Shown here: positions 40,159-54,835 of the stretch, piece after piece
How positions within the stretch are numbered: the first letter of the stretch is position 1
How the letters are laid out: every line of letters starts with the position of its first letter
Notes under the pieces: model-generated
What the model saw: the letters and a program-made list of their open reading frames with translations, nothing else
What the model was told of the DNA's origin: nothing
Databases searched by the model: none
Made by a program: the position numbers and the translations under genes
Assembly: GCA_004356105.1 (NCBI GenBank)
Contig: SMYC01000026.1
Span: forward strand, 11,020-75,019
Origin: Acidobacteriota bacterium
GTDB lineage: Bacteria; Acidobacteriota; Vicinamibacteria; Marinacidobacterales; SMYC01
DNA: 64,000 bases
Reading direction: 5' to 3'

Positions 40159-42060
40159 CTAGAGAAGCCAGGCGGAGGCCGCTCGGAAGGTGACGAAGCT
40201 TGCCAGATAGGCGAGAGCGAACATGTAGCTGAAAGCGAATGCCGGCCACTTCCACGAGCCGGTCTCTTTCGCCATGATGACGATTGTGGAGGTGCATTGG
40301 AGCGCGAACACGAAGAACACGAGCAGCGACAACGCCACTGCGATGTTGAACACGGGCTCTCCCGTTTCGGGGTTGATGTCGCTTCGCAGCGCGCCGCGCA
40401 AACCGTCGAAATCGTCGGGGTCCCCCACGGCGTAGATCTGAGCGAGCGTCGCGACGATGACTTCGCGCGCCGCCAAGCTCGCGATGAGGCCGACTCCAAT
40501 TTTCCAATCGTAGCCGAGAGGCTTGATGGCTGGCTCGATGGCGTGGCCGATATGTCCCGCGACGCTGACCTCGAGCTGCGTTTGCGCCGCCGCCTCGGGC
40601 GTCATCCCGGTTGTATCCGCACGCGGAAAGTTGAGAAGCGCCCAGACGACGATGGACGCGGCAAAGATGATGGTCCCCGCCCGTTTGATGAAGGCGCGCG
40701 CGCTATGCGCGACCTGCGTAGCCAATAGCTTCAACGTCGGCATGCGGTAAGGAGGAAGCTCCATGTAAAACGTGGAGATGTTGCCGCGCACGACCGTGGC
40801 CTTGAGAACGGCTGCCGCGCCGAGCGCCGTGATGGCTCCAAGAAGATAGAGCGCGAACATCACGAGGCCTTGCACGCCGATGAAGCCGCCGATAGTTGCC
40901 GCGGGGATGAAAGCCGCGATCAGAAGCGTGTATACGGGAAGCCGCGCGGAGCACGTCACGAAAGGCGCCACGAGGATCGTGGCGAGACGGTCCCGTGGTG
41001 ACGGGATCGTGCGCGCTGCCATGATCCCCGGAACGGCGCAAGCCGAGCAGGAGAGCAGCACGACAAAGGAGCGGCCCTGGAGGCCCACCCACCCCATGAT
41101 CCGGTCGACCACGAAAGCGGCCCGCGCCATGTAGCCCACGTCTTCGAGAAAGTGGATGAGCGTAAACAAGATGATGATCTGCGGCAGGAAAACGAGGACG
41201 GAGCCGACTCCAGCGACGATGCCGTCCGCCCAAAGATCTGTCAGAAGGCCCGGCGGCAGCACGGTACGGGAGAGCCGCCCCACTCCACCGAAGAAAGTCT
41301 CGATCCCGTCCATTGCGGGGACGGCCCAGGTGAAGATGCTCTGGAAGATGAGCACCATGACGGTGATGAAGACCAGGACGCCGACGAACGGATGGAGCAG
41401 CCAGCGATCGACGCGGTCGCTTCGGGTGTCGGGCTTGATCTTCGTCGCGCCTATGTCAGCGCAGACTTTGTCGACCCACAGATAGCGCGCCTCGGGCCCT
41501 TCACTTCGTGGAAACGTCTTTGAGCGCGACCAACTTTCCGGCTTTTCGAGTGCGCGGAAGACCGCGTCGATCCCCACACCGCGGTGACCGACCACGGGGA
41601 AGACCGGGGTTCCGAGCGTCTTGCTCAGCTTGTTGAAATCGATCTTGCCGCCGCGGGCGCGCATCTCGTCGATCATCGTGACGACGAGCGCCGAAGGAAG
41701 CTCGGCATGCGCTTCGAGCGCTTCGAGCACCATCGAGAGGCTTCGCTGAAGCGTGGTCGCGTCGACCACGATGAGAAGCGCGTCTGGCTTGCTGTCGAGC
41801 TCACCCTCGAGCACGCGCGCGACGACTTGCTCGTCGAGGGTCTCGCCCCGCAAGCTGTAGCTTCCCGGCAGGTCGAGTACGCTCACCGCACGGGCGCTCT
41901 TCCGCATCGCGCCTTCGCGACGCTCCACGGTGACGCCCGGATAGTTCCCGACTTTGGCGCGCGCGCCCGTCAGGGCATTGAAAATGGTGGTTTTTCCCGA
42001 GTTGGGCGCTCCGACCAACGCCACGCATATCGGCGAGACAGGGACGGCCGCGGTGGACAT
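40159..42060 (-). CDS. feoB: ferrous iron transporter FeoB
   Basis: N-terminal G-domain (GAPNSGKTTIFNALTG). Polytopic C-terminal permease with Gate motifs. 633 aa. Confidence 0.9.
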   Translation of the reverse strand: MSTAAVPVSPICVALVGAPNSGKTTIFNALTGARAKVGNYPGVTVERREGAMRKSARAVSVLDLPGSYSLRGETLDEQVVARVLEGELDSKPDALLIVVDATTLQRSLSMVLEALEAHAELPSALVVTMIDEMRARGGKIDFNKLSKTLGTPVFPVVGHRGVGIDAVFRALEKPESWSRSKTFPRSEGPEARYLWVDKVCADIGATKIKPDTRSDRVDRWLLHPFVGVLVFITVMVLIFQSIFTWAVPAMDGIETFFGGVGRLSRTVLPPGLLTDLWADGIVAGVGSVLVFLPQIIILFTLIHFLEDVGYMARAAFVVDRIMGWVGLQGRSFVVLLSCSACAVPGIMAARTIPSPRDRLATILVAPFVTCSARLPVYTLLIAAFIPAATIGGFIGVQGLVMFALYLLGAITALGAAAVLKATVVRGNISTFYMELPPYRMPTLKLLATQVAHSARAFIKRAGTIIFAASIVVWALLNFPRADTTGMTPEAAAQTQLEVSVAGHIGHAIEPAIKPLGYDWKIGVGLIASLAAREVIVATLAQIYAVGDPDDFDGLRGALRSDINPETGEPVFNIAVALSLLVFFVFALQCTSTIVIMAKETGSWKWPAFAFSYMFALAYLASFVTFRAASAWLL

Positions 42061-42067
42061 TCCGGGC

Positions 42068-42331
42068 TCAGGACATCAGGGGCTCGACGTCGATGGCAGC
42101 GATGTCGTTTCTGCGCAAGCAGATACGATAACCGCGGAGCTCGACCTCGAACGGACCGCCTAAAGGACCGCGCCGTAGCACGGAAACCGCCGTGCCCGCG
42201 ACAAACCCGAGCTCCCGGAGCCGCAAAGCGACACCGCCATTCTTGTGAGCGAGGATCCGGCCCCGAAACCCGGGAGATTGGTCGCCCAGGGACACGGACG
42301 CGGCGGGTGCTCTGTCGTAGGTGGTGCTCAT
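42068..42331 (-). CDS. feoA: FeoA
   Basis: 87 aa SH3-like FeoA (LRELGFVAGTAVSVLRRGPLGGPFEVELRGYRICLR). Directly upstream of feoB. Confidence 0.75.
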   Translation of the reverse strand: MSTTYDRAPAASVSLGDQSPGFRGRILAHKNGGVALRLRELGFVAGTAVSVLRRGPLGGPFEVELRGYRICLRRNDIAAIDVEPLMS

Positions 42332-42370
42332 AAGTTAAACATGAAACCCAATTTCATATTCATAATGTAC
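42332..42370. promoter_or_regulatory. AT-rich feoA upstream segment with CATATTCATAAT hexamer repeats; possible Fur box
   Basis: A locally AT-rich 39 bp in a roughly 65% GC contig. It contains ...TTTCATATTCATAATG..., resembling GATAAT-type Fur hexamers. Inference only. Confidence 0.3.
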
Positions 42371-42444
42371 CGCGATCGGCTACCGGTGTCAACGCCGAAC
42401 TGAAGATCGTCTGGAGCGGTCGTAGAGTGTTAATGTAGGGACGC

Positions 42445-45060
42445 GTGCACGTTCAGATGTCACCGAAACACCGCCTCACCCTGGTGCTCCCCGGAAGAAT
42501 CAAACTGTTACTGGTTTGTCTATGGGTTGCCGGAGTGTCCGCAGCCGCGGCTGAGCAAAACATTGTGTTTGTCGACGGCAGCCGCATGGCGGTTCAGTCC
42601 TACGAACTCAACGGTGGAACCGTTGAGTTCACGACTACCGACGGGAAGCTCCGCGTGGTGCCGAGCACATACGTCGATCTCGCGGCCACCGGAGAGGCCA
42701 ACGGCGGTGGCGCCTCACCTTTCGCGTCCCCCGCACCGGCACCGTTGCCACCATCACGCGCGCCTGAGCCGAAATCCTTGCCAACCGACACCCTGACGTC
42801 CGTGCCACTCATAACCGCTCCGGGCCCTGTGCGCGAGAGGCCTGCCGCCGCCGCACCAGATCTTCTGATCGACGGGCCCCCGGCACCGGAGCATCCGGAG
42901 GTCCTGACGCGCGACGGGCGAGGGCGAGCCACCCTGCGCGCGGTTCGTCTGAGCGAACCGCTCGACCTCGATGGGCGCCTCGAAGAACGCGTCTATACGA
43001 CAACACCGGCCATTTCCGGTTTCATTCAGCAGGAACCTCTCGAAGGGCGACCCGCGACCGAGCAGACCGAGGTGTGGGTCTTTTACGACGAGTCGAATGT
43101 CTATTTTTCCGCGCGGCTCTGGGACTCGCATCCGGAACGCATCATTGCCAACGAGATGCGGCGCGACAACCGGAACATCGAGTTCAGCGGTTCTAGCTTC
43201 GCCGTCATCCTGGACACGTTCTACGATCGCCGAAACGGCTTTCTCTTCCAGACAAATCCCCTCGGGGCGCTCTACGACGCGCAGGTCACGGACGAGCGCA
43301 ATACGAACAGCGACTGGAACACGATCTGGTATGTGAAATCGGGCCGCTTCGCCGAGGGCTGGACGGTCGAGATGGCGATCCCGTTCAAGTCGCTTCGATA
43401 TCGCGCCGGCGCGACACAGATCTGGGGCATCAACTTCCGGCGCAACATCAAATGGAAGAACGAGCGAAGCTACTTGACCCCCATGCCGGCGGCCTTCAAT
43501 CGCGAGGGGATCAAGAAGCTGTCCGTGGCGGCCGCCCTGGTTGGCATCGAGCCGCCGGCGAATTCGATGAACCTTGAAGTCAAGCCGTACGTGACGGGGT
43601 CCTCTTCCACCAACTTGGCGGCGGATGTTCCTTTCGAGAACCAGGGTGACGTGGACCTAGGCTTCGACGTCAAGTACGGGGTGACCAAGAGCCTCGTGGC
43701 TGATGTCACTTACAACACGGACTTCGCACAGGTGGAGGACGACGAGTCGCAAGTGAACCTCACGCGATTCGGTCTGTTCTTTCCCGAGAAGCGCGAGTTC
43801 TTTCTCGAAGGCCAAGGGATATTCAATTTTGGTGGCCGCCAATCCGGTCGGCGCGGAGGCTTCGGTGGTGGCGGCCAGACGGACACGCCGATCCTATTTT
43901 TCAGTCGGCGCATCGGTCTGAGCGGGAGCCGCGAGGTCCCCATTCTTACGGGTGGTCGACTCACCGGTAGAGCCGGTCCCTACAGCCTCGGGCTCTTGAA
44001 CATCTCGACGCGTTCCGTCGACGAGGCGGGGATTCCGCAGACGAACTTCTCCGTCGTGCGGATCAAGCGGGACGTGCTCAGGCGAAGCACCATCGGCTTC
44101 ATCGGAACCTACCGAAACAATAACCTCGACGGAACCGGGGCCAATTCAGCCTACGGGCTCGACGGAAATTTCTCCTTTTACGAGAATCTCAACATCAACG
44201 CCTTCTACGCGCGTACGGATACACCAAACGCGGTAGGAGGTGACACGAGCTATCGCGCTGCCGTTCGCTATCGGAACGACCTATACGGCTTCGACGCGGA
44301 ACACCTCTTGATCGATCCGAGCTTCAATCCGGAGGTTGGGTTCGTCCGTCGCGACGATATCCGCAAGACGTCCGGATCGCTTCGCTATAGTCCACGGCCG
44401 CGAGGCATCGCCGCCATCCGCCAGTTCGAGTTCGAGGTAAAGTACAACTACCTCGAGACGACGGCCGGCGACCTCGAAACCAAGAAGTTCGAGCTCGAGG
44501 CGCGCACCCGCTTCGAGAGTGGCGACTTTTCGAACATCACTTACGACCGGAACTTCGAGTTTCTCTTCGAGTCCTTCGAGATTAGCGATGGCGTGACGAT
44601 CCCGGTCGGCGGGTACAATTTCGATCGGCTTCGGGCCGGAGTCTTTTTCAGCAGCCACCGCCCCGTGTCCGGCTGGGTAGGAGCTGAGGTGGGAAGCTTT
44701 TTCGGCGGTACGAGAACCGAGCTCACCTGGCGCGGCCGCATCAACGTCTCCTCACGTTTCTCTCTCGAGCCAAACCTGTCCTTGAACTGGATCGATCTCG
44801 CTGAAGGTGCCTTCAAGACGAATCTGATTCGACTTCGCGCCACCTACACCATGTCGCCACGAAGTTTCGTGGGCGCGTTAGTCCAATACAACTCCGAAGC
44901 GAACAGCCTTTCGACGAACGTTCGTTTCCGCTGGGAGTACAGACCGGGGAGCGACCTCTTCGTCGTCTATAGCGACGGGCGCAACACCTTAACTCCTGGT
45001 TACCCGGGCCTCGAGAACCGCAGCATCGTCTTCAAAGTCACGCGTCTCTTCCGCTTCTAG
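42445..45060 (+). CDS. DUF5916-family outer-membrane protein with CBM9-like N-terminal domain
   Basis: Signal peptide. The CBM9-like block (VWVFYDESNVYFSARLWD...NFRRNIKW). A long beta-rich C-terminus ending in an aromatic residue (...RLFRF). Confidence 0.6.
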   Translation: MHVQMSPKHRLTLVLPGRIKLLLVCLWVAGVSAAAAEQNIVFVDGSRMAVQSYELNGGTVEFTTTDGKLRVVPSTYVDLAATGEANGGGASPFASPAPAPLPPSRAPEPKSLPTDTLTSVPLITAPGPVRERPAAAAPDLLIDGPPAPEHPEVLTRDGRGRATLRAVRLSEPLDLDGRLEERVYTTTPAISGFIQQEPLEGRPATEQTEVWVFYDESNVYFSARLWDSHPERIIANEMRRDNRNIEFSGSSFAVILDTFYDRRNGFLFQTNPLGALYDAQVTDERNTNSDWNTIWYVKSGRFAEGWTVEMAIPFKSLRYRAGATQIWGINFRRNIKWKNERSYLTPMPAAFNREGIKKLSVAAALVGIEPPANSMNLEVKPYVTGSSSTNLAADVPFENQGDVDLGFDVKYGVTKSLVADVTYNTDFAQVEDDESQVNLTRFGLFFPEKREFFLEGQGIFNFGGRQSGRRGGFGGGGQTDTPILFFSRRIGLSGSREVPILTGGRLTGRAGPYSLGLLNISTRSVDEAGIPQTNFSVVRIKRDVLRRSTIGFIGTYRNNNLDGTGANSAYGLDGNFSFYENLNINAFYARTDTPNAVGGDTSYRAAVRYRNDLYGFDAEHLLIDPSFNPEVGFVRRDDIRKTSGSLRYSPRPRGIAAIRQFEFEVKYNYLETTAGDLETKKFELEARTRFESGDFSNITYDRNFEFLFESFEISDGVTIPVGGYNFDRLRAGVFFSSHRPVSGWVGAEVGSFFGGTRTELTWRGRINVSSRFSLEPNLSLNWIDLAEGAFKTNLIRLRATYTMSPRSFVGALVQYNSEANSLSTNVRFRWEYRPGSDLFVVYSDGRNTLTPGYPGLENRSIVFKVTRLFRF

Positions 45061-45086
45061 CTCTCTTCGATCCAAAGGAGGTTGCC

Positions 45087-45584
45087 ATGATGGCCTGCCA
45101 CGCCCTGCTCGTACTCGTCGCCGCAACGGCCCTTTCACAAGCGGCGGGGGAGGATCGATCTTTCCCGGGCTTCGTGCTCTGGAAGCCCGACGTATTGGAG
45201 CGATCCATTGCGCGCTTGGACCGCGAGCTTTCTGACAAGGCTCTCGTTTACGAGACGATCGGCAACTACGAGAGGCACTCCGTGTACCTCGTTCTCCGCG
45301 GCAAGACGAGCACGGCGGAGATCCATGAAACGGAGGCGGACCTTTATGTCGTCCGCCGCGGGCGAGCCATTCTTCACTTGGGCGGGGAGCTCGTCGATGC
45401 GGAGCGCTTGCCTCGAAAACAGCTTCGCGGCTCCTCCATCCGCGGTGGCATCCAAAGAGAGCTGGGGCCGGGCGATGTGGTTCACATCCCCGTCGGAGTG
45501 CCCCACCAGCTCGTTTTGCCAGAGGGGGAGAGCTTTCTCTACGATTTGACGAAGTTCAACGAGGAGCCACTCGAATCTCCCTAG
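45087..45584 (+). CDS. secreted cupin-domain protein
   Basis: Signal peptide. A cupin motif-like core (GDVVHIPVGVPHQL). 165 aa. Confidence 0.5.
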   Translation: MMACHALLVLVAATALSQAAGEDRSFPGFVLWKPDVLERSIARLDRELSDKALVYETIGNYERHSVYLVLRGKTSTAEIHETEADLYVVRRGRAILHLGGELVDAERLPRKQLRGSSIRGGIQRELGPGDVVHIPVGVPHQLVLPEGESFLYDLTKFNEEPLESP

Positions 45585-46094
45585 CCTCTCAGCTTTGGAG
45601 AGGAGAACTTGGCGCAGCTTATATCCCTTCGCGAGCGGCGCGATCCTGGCTCTGCTTAGCCTCTTCGTAGGAGCGATATTTTCGTAACCCGGGGGCACGG
45701 CGGTCGCGGTTGAACCGGTGTTCGCGAATTCCATGAGACCAAAGGCTAGACGAAGGTTCTCCGGGTCGAGAGGTTGTCTTGGCGGCGGCCCAGGCATATC
45801 TTCGACCGAGCGGAACTTTCGTACAGCCACTACTCGTCCCCTTCCTCTAGCTTGAATCGCTCTCGAATCGCCTCCGCATCGATCCGATCCTGTGGTCGAA
45901 CAGTGCTCTTCTTCATGCGGTAGAGCTCGATTGTAGTGGCACCAAGGTCGCTGGTCCATCGTCGCTCGCCCAACCCCAGCGAGCAGGGTGCGATGGCTCG
46001 GTCCGGGCATCTTGTCGGCAAAGATCCGCTTGCCTCCGCATGCTCCCCAGTTGCAGGCCATCGGGGGTAAGATGCCCAGACTTGGGAGGTTCTG

Positions 46095-47402
46095 ATGTAT
46101 CGACTTAAGATTGATTTGCACTGCTCGAACATCACCGCCGGGCTGCTGCTGGCGCTGTTGGCCCTGTTGGTAATGTCAGCTTGCTCGGGCCCGGCTCCCG
46201 AACAAGCGGCTGAAGAGCCGGTGACCGTCACCGTGTACGAGGGCGCGCGGCTCATCGTGGGCGACGGGCAGGTCATCGAGAACGCCACCTTCGCCGTCGA
46301 CAACGGTCAGTTTGTGGCCGTCGGCGCGGCCGGCGAGGTGGACGTGCCCGCGGGCGCGAAACGCGTAGATCTGACCGGCATGACCGTAATGCCTGCCATC
46401 GTGGATGCCCACACGCACCTTAGCACCACGCGTGAGGCGCTCATCGAGGATCTAGAGCGTCGCGCGTATCATGGCGTTGGCGCGGCCATGAGCTTGGGGC
46501 ATGATGGCGAGGGTGCGCCGCTCGAACTACGCGGCGAGGTCATACCAGGCGCGGCGCAGTACCGGTCGGCCGGGCGCGGCATCACGTCGCTCGAGCCGGG
46601 ACGCTCGGAGGTGCCCCACTGGGTCACCACCGAGGAAGAGGCCCGGCAGGCCGTTCGCGACGAAGCGGCCCGGGGCGTTGACATTATTAAGATCTGGGTC
46701 GACGACCGGAACGGGCAGTACGAGAAGTTGAGTCCCGAGCTCTACGGCGCGATCATCGACGAGGCGCACCAGAACGGCTTGCGGGTCACCGCCCATATCT
46801 TCGCCCTCGAGGACGCGAAAGGACTCCTGCGAGCGGGCATCGATGCTTTTGCGCACGGCGTCCGCGACCAGGACGTCGACGACGAGTTTGTGGCGCTCGT
46901 CAAAGAGCGCCCGGATGTGGTGTTGGTGCCGAATATGCCCAATCGCGGCGTGCCCACGGACCTCGATTGGTTGAGTGGCTCGATGCCAGCCGCCGAGCTA
47001 GCTGAAATGCAGGCCGCGGCTACCGAGCGGCCGGAGGCGCAGGCTGCGTTCGCCATTCAAGCGCGCAATCTAGTGCGGCTCAGCGAGGAGGGTATGCGCA
47101 TCGCCTTCGGTACCGACGGCAATAATCCCTGGGCCCCGCACGTCGAGATGGAGGATATGGTCGCGGCCGGGATGACACCCGAGCAGGTGCTCGTTGCTGC
47201 CACGCGCAACGCTGCAGACGTGGCGGGCCTAACCGGTATCGGTACGGTTGAGGTTGGCAAGAGCGCAGACTTCGTTGTGCTCGAGGCGAACCCACTTGAC
47301 GACATCACTAACACGCGGCGAGTCTCGGCGGTGTACTTGCGCGGGGAAGAGGTTGACCGCGACGCCTTGAGCGATCGTTGGACGGCCCAGAGCGCGGAGT
47401 AA
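46095..47402 (+). CDS. amidohydrolase-family lipoprotein (Xaa-Pro dipeptidase/aryldialkylphosphatase-like)
   Basis: Lipobox LLVMSACSG. TGMTVMPAIVDAHTHL and the His/Asp metal ligands of amidohydrolase_1. Confidence 0.75.
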   Translation: MYRLKIDLHCSNITAGLLLALLALLVMSACSGPAPEQAAEEPVTVTVYEGARLIVGDGQVIENATFAVDNGQFVAVGAAGEVDVPAGAKRVDLTGMTVMPAIVDAHTHLSTTREALIEDLERRAYHGVGAAMSLGHDGEGAPLELRGEVIPGAAQYRSAGRGITSLEPGRSEVPHWVTTEEEARQAVRDEAARGVDIIKIWVDDRNGQYEKLSPELYGAIIDEAHQNGLRVTAHIFALEDAKGLLRAGIDAFAHGVRDQDVDDEFVALVKERPDVVLVPNMPNRGVPTDLDWLSGSMPAAELAEMQAAATERPEAQAAFAIQARNLVRLSEEGMRIAFGTDGNNPWAPHVEMEDMVAAGMTPEQVLVAATRNAADVAGLTGIGTVEVGKSADFVVLEANPLDDITNTRRVSAVYLRGEEVDRDALSDRWTAQSAE

Positions 47403-47670
47403 CGCCACGGCGGGCCGACGCCGGAGCTCAATACTCGTAATCAAGCGTCGCGGCTGTTCGATTCCGTATGGCTAGCATGCCGCCCAGGCGGATAGGACCG
47501 CTATATCTCTCATGATTTCATATGCTTGAGGAGACCCGCCAACGGCGAACGAGGCTGCGTAATTTTCAAGGATGAGGCCTCATGCCGCCGATTATCTTGC
47601 CGATTGTAGCTTCAGGAGCCGTGTACGAGCTCGCGGTCCCGGGACCGGTTTGAAGAAAACAAGCAAGAGC

Positions 47671-52168
<4,498 letters not shown>

Positions 52169-52221
52169 GCCTGGGCGCGGCTCTCCGGAGCTCCCAATTC
52201 TTTGTGGATTGGTGGGTCCTA

Positions 52222-53550
52222 CTATTTCCAGCCGATGCGTTTCAGAAAGGGCTCGAAGCGGGGATCTTCGGCAAGCGGACCGCCATAGGTTTGCGGCCAG
52301 ACTCGCGTCGTCACCAGGACGGGGTCGCGGTCCTCGTACCCTTGCTCGAGGAGAGCGAAAGCCTCGTCATTTCTGCCCAAAGCACATTGAATGAACGCGA
52401 GGCAGCAGGGAGATACGTAGTGTTGTTTCATCCGCGCCATCAGCTCTTTGAGGATGGTCTCTGCCGCTTCAGTGTTCCCGGACGACGCCTGGATCCAGGC
52501 GAGCTCCATGACGACCACGACATCTCGCCGTGACAAAACGGCCGCGTGCTCGAGGGCCGTAATGGCTTCCGGATAGTTAGATTCGGCCGCGAAGGCAAGG
52601 CCGCGGCAACGGTGCAAGAGGAAATAGGTCGGATCGCGCTCGATCGCAGCCTCGAGAAGAGGGATCGCTTCGGGCGATCGCCCTGTGGCCCATAGAATGA
52701 AGCAGAGCATGCCCGTGGCGTGGCCGTCCAACGGATCGATGGCCACTGCACGCTGGGCTTCGCTGACGGCCTTGTCGGCTTTGCCCTCCACCAGCATCAA
52801 ATAGAAGCCGTACATGTAGTGAGCGGCGACGTAGCTCGGGTTGAGCTCGATGGCCCTCTCGAACGCACGCGCGGCTTCTGGCCAATCGCGGTCGTACACG
52901 AAATTGACGTAAGAGAACGAGTAGTGCGCTTCGGCGAGGGTGCTGTCGAGCTCGAGAGCTCGCATCGCGGCCGTTTTTGCTTTCGGCATGATCACGCGTG
53001 GATCTCCGCCATAACCGAAGCCCAGCATCCCATAGGCATCCGCCGCTCCGGCGTGGGCAAGCGCATAGCCTGGGTCGACGGAGACGGCTTTCTCGAAATA
53101 TTCGAGCGCGCGATGAAGCTCGCGACGGTTCCAAAAGAAACGTCCCTGCAGGTAGAGCTGATAGGCATCGAGATTCTGCGTCGTCGGTTTGACGAGCGGC
53201 CCGTCCTGCTGAACGAGAATCACTTTCAACCGCTCGACAATCGTCGTGGCAATCTCGTCTTGTATCCCGAAGACGTCGCCCACGTCCCGATCGTATCGCT
53301 CGGACCACAAATGGTATCCGTCAGCCACGTTGATGAGCTGTGCGGTGATGCGAAGCTTGTTCCCCGCTTTTCGAACGCTACCCTCGAGCACCGCGTCGAC
53401 GTGGAGCTTCGCGCCGACACGGCGGCGGCGACTAGCACGGAGCGCTGGGTCGAGATTCCCGAGCCCGTTCTCGACGTGTACAAGCTCTGGCGCCCCACGC
53501 CACTCATTCGGGCTCGACGCCTGGAAAAACAGCTCGATACGCCTGCGCAT
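52222..53550 (-). CDS. TPR-repeat protein with TolB_N-like/'bacterial transcriptional activator'-type N-terminal segment
   Basis: VLEGSVRKAGNKLRITAQLINVADGYHLWSERYDRDVGDVFGIQDEIA is a family signature. The rest is TPR helices. The annotated start overlaps the divergent TrpB-like gene, so the true start is uncertain. Confidence 0.6.
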   Translation of the reverse strand: MRRRIELFFQASSPNEWRGAPELVHVENGLGNLDPALRASRRRRVGAKLHVDAVLEGSVRKAGNKLRITAQLINVADGYHLWSERYDRDVGDVFGIQDEIATTIVERLKVILVQQDGPLVKPTTQNLDAYQLYLQGRFFWNRRELHRALEYFEKAVSVDPGYALAHAGAADAYGMLGFGYGGDPRVIMPKAKTAAMRALELDSTLAEAHYSFSYVNFVYDRDWPEAARAFERAIELNPSYVAAHYMYGFYLMLVEGKADKAVSEAQRAVAIDPLDGHATGMLCFILWATGRSPEAIPLLEAAIERDPTYFLLHRCRGLAFAAESNYPEAITALEHAAVLSRRDVVVVMELAWIQASSGNTEAAETILKELMARMKQHYVSPCCLAFIQCALGRNDEAFALLEQGYEDRDPVLVTTRVWPQTYGGPLAEDPRFEPFLKRIGWK

Positions 53551-54633
53551 ATTTATTACAAGTACGAGGGCGTCTCGCCGGTCGGCTCACACAAGCCTAA
53601 TACTGCCGTGCCCGAGGCTTTCTACGTGAAAGAAGAAGGCGCTACCGGTATGGCCACTCTGACGGGAGCGGGGCAATGGGGCAGCGCCCTTGCTATGGCA
53701 TGTCGATTTTTCGACCTGGAATGCCATGTCTACATGGTGCGGGTGTCCTACGACCAGAAGCCTTATCGGCGGATTCTCATGGAATCGTACGGCGCCCACG
53801 TCTTTCCGAGTCCTTCCGATTCGACCGAGTACGGGCGTAAACTGCTCGCCGAAAACCCGAACCATCCCGGGTCTCTTGGTATCGCTGCTTCCGAATCGAT
53901 GAATGCCGCCGCGAGTCTGGGAGGGAAGTTCAAGTTGGGTGCGGGCTCCCTCCTGGGGCCCGTATTGATGCACCAGACGGTCATCGGGCTCGAGGCGCTC
54001 GAGCAGTTCGAGCTGGCCGGTGAATACCCGGATGTGGTGATTACGTGCAATGGCGCCGGAAGCAATGTCGGCGGCATGACGTTCCCTTTTCTCCACAGAA
54101 ACTTCACCGAAGGAAAGAACACGCGTGTCGTCGCCGTGGAACCAACGGCTTGCCCGTCACTGACCAAAGGCAAATATGCGTTCGACTACGGTGATACCGG
54201 CAAAACGTTTCCTATAATGAAAATGCACACGCTCGGCAGCAACTTCCTGCCGCCGAGTATCCACGCCGGTGGACTTCGCTATCACGGCATGTCCCCCCAC
54301 GTGAGCGCTCTCTACGAGCACGGTGACATCGAAGCCGTCGCCGTCCCCCAGCTCGCGACGTTCGAGGCCGCGCTCCAGTTCGCGGGAGCGGAAGGGATCC
54401 TGCCGGCTCCGGAATCCGCGCATGCCGTGCGGGCAGCGATCGACGAGGCACTGCGATGCAAGGAGAGTGGAGAGACAAAGGTCATCGCGTTTCTGCTCTC
54501 GGGACACGGTCACTACGATCTTGCAGCCTACGACGCGTACTTGAACAAAGAGCTGGAGGATTACGAATATCCGGAGGCGGCAGTCCGAGAAGCCATGGAG
54601 CAGCTACCAGAAGTGCAAGTGCATGCGAGGTAG
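53401..54633 (+). CDS. TrpB-like PLP-dependent enzyme (tryptophan synthase beta-like, TrpB2-type)
   Basis: STERWVEIPEPVLDVYKLWRPTPLIRARRLEK...IYYKYEGVSPVGSHKPNTA (PLP Lys). GAGSN. Total length about 410-450 aa. The N-terminus is unresolved: a GTG at 53401 is assumed, and there is no in-frame ATG. Confidence 0.65.
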   Translation: MELRADTAAATSTERWVEIPEPVLDVYKLWRPTPLIRARRLEKQLDTPAHIYYKYEGVSPVGSHKPNTAVPEAFYVKEEGATGMATLTGAGQWGSALAMACRFFDLECHVYMVRVSYDQKPYRRILMESYGAHVFPSPSDSTEYGRKLLAENPNHPGSLGIAASESMNAAASLGGKFKLGAGSLLGPVLMHQTVIGLEALEQFELAGEYPDVVITCNGAGSNVGGMTFPFLHRNFTEGKNTRVVAVEPTACPSLTKGKYAFDYGDTGKTFPIMKMHTLGSNFLPPSIHAGGLRYHGMSPHVSALYEHGDIEAVAVPQLATFEAALQFAGAEGILPAPESAHAVRAAIDEALRCKESGETKVIAFLLSGHGHYDLAAYDAYLNKELEDYEYPEAAVREAMEQLPEVQVHAR

Positions 54634-54835
54634 CGCGCTCTAGGACGAAACGCGCGCGGTCCGTTTGGCGGGCTGAAGGTCGAGCCCTTCAGCCCGCCGC
54701 GTAGAAAATGGACTCAGTAGCGTGATGACGTAAACATGACGTCGGCGAGAGCCCAGGCTTTACGAAATCGCCCTTCGACGGCGCGTTGTGGGCGTAGGAC
54801 GGCATCATGTAATTGTCAGCGCCCCTCTCCGCGAT

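Noticed and set aside
45135-46121. 328-aa minus-strand ORF spanning the cupin gene and the 45.6-46.1 kb gap
   Set aside because: Overlaps the cupin gene antisense. The remaining part has no convincing motif, though the 510-bp gap could hide a small remnant.
52720-53400. 5' two-thirds of the 637-aa plus-strand ORF
   Set aside because: It is antisense to the TPR gene and has no similarity. Only the segment from about 53401 onwards matches TrpB-like enzymes.
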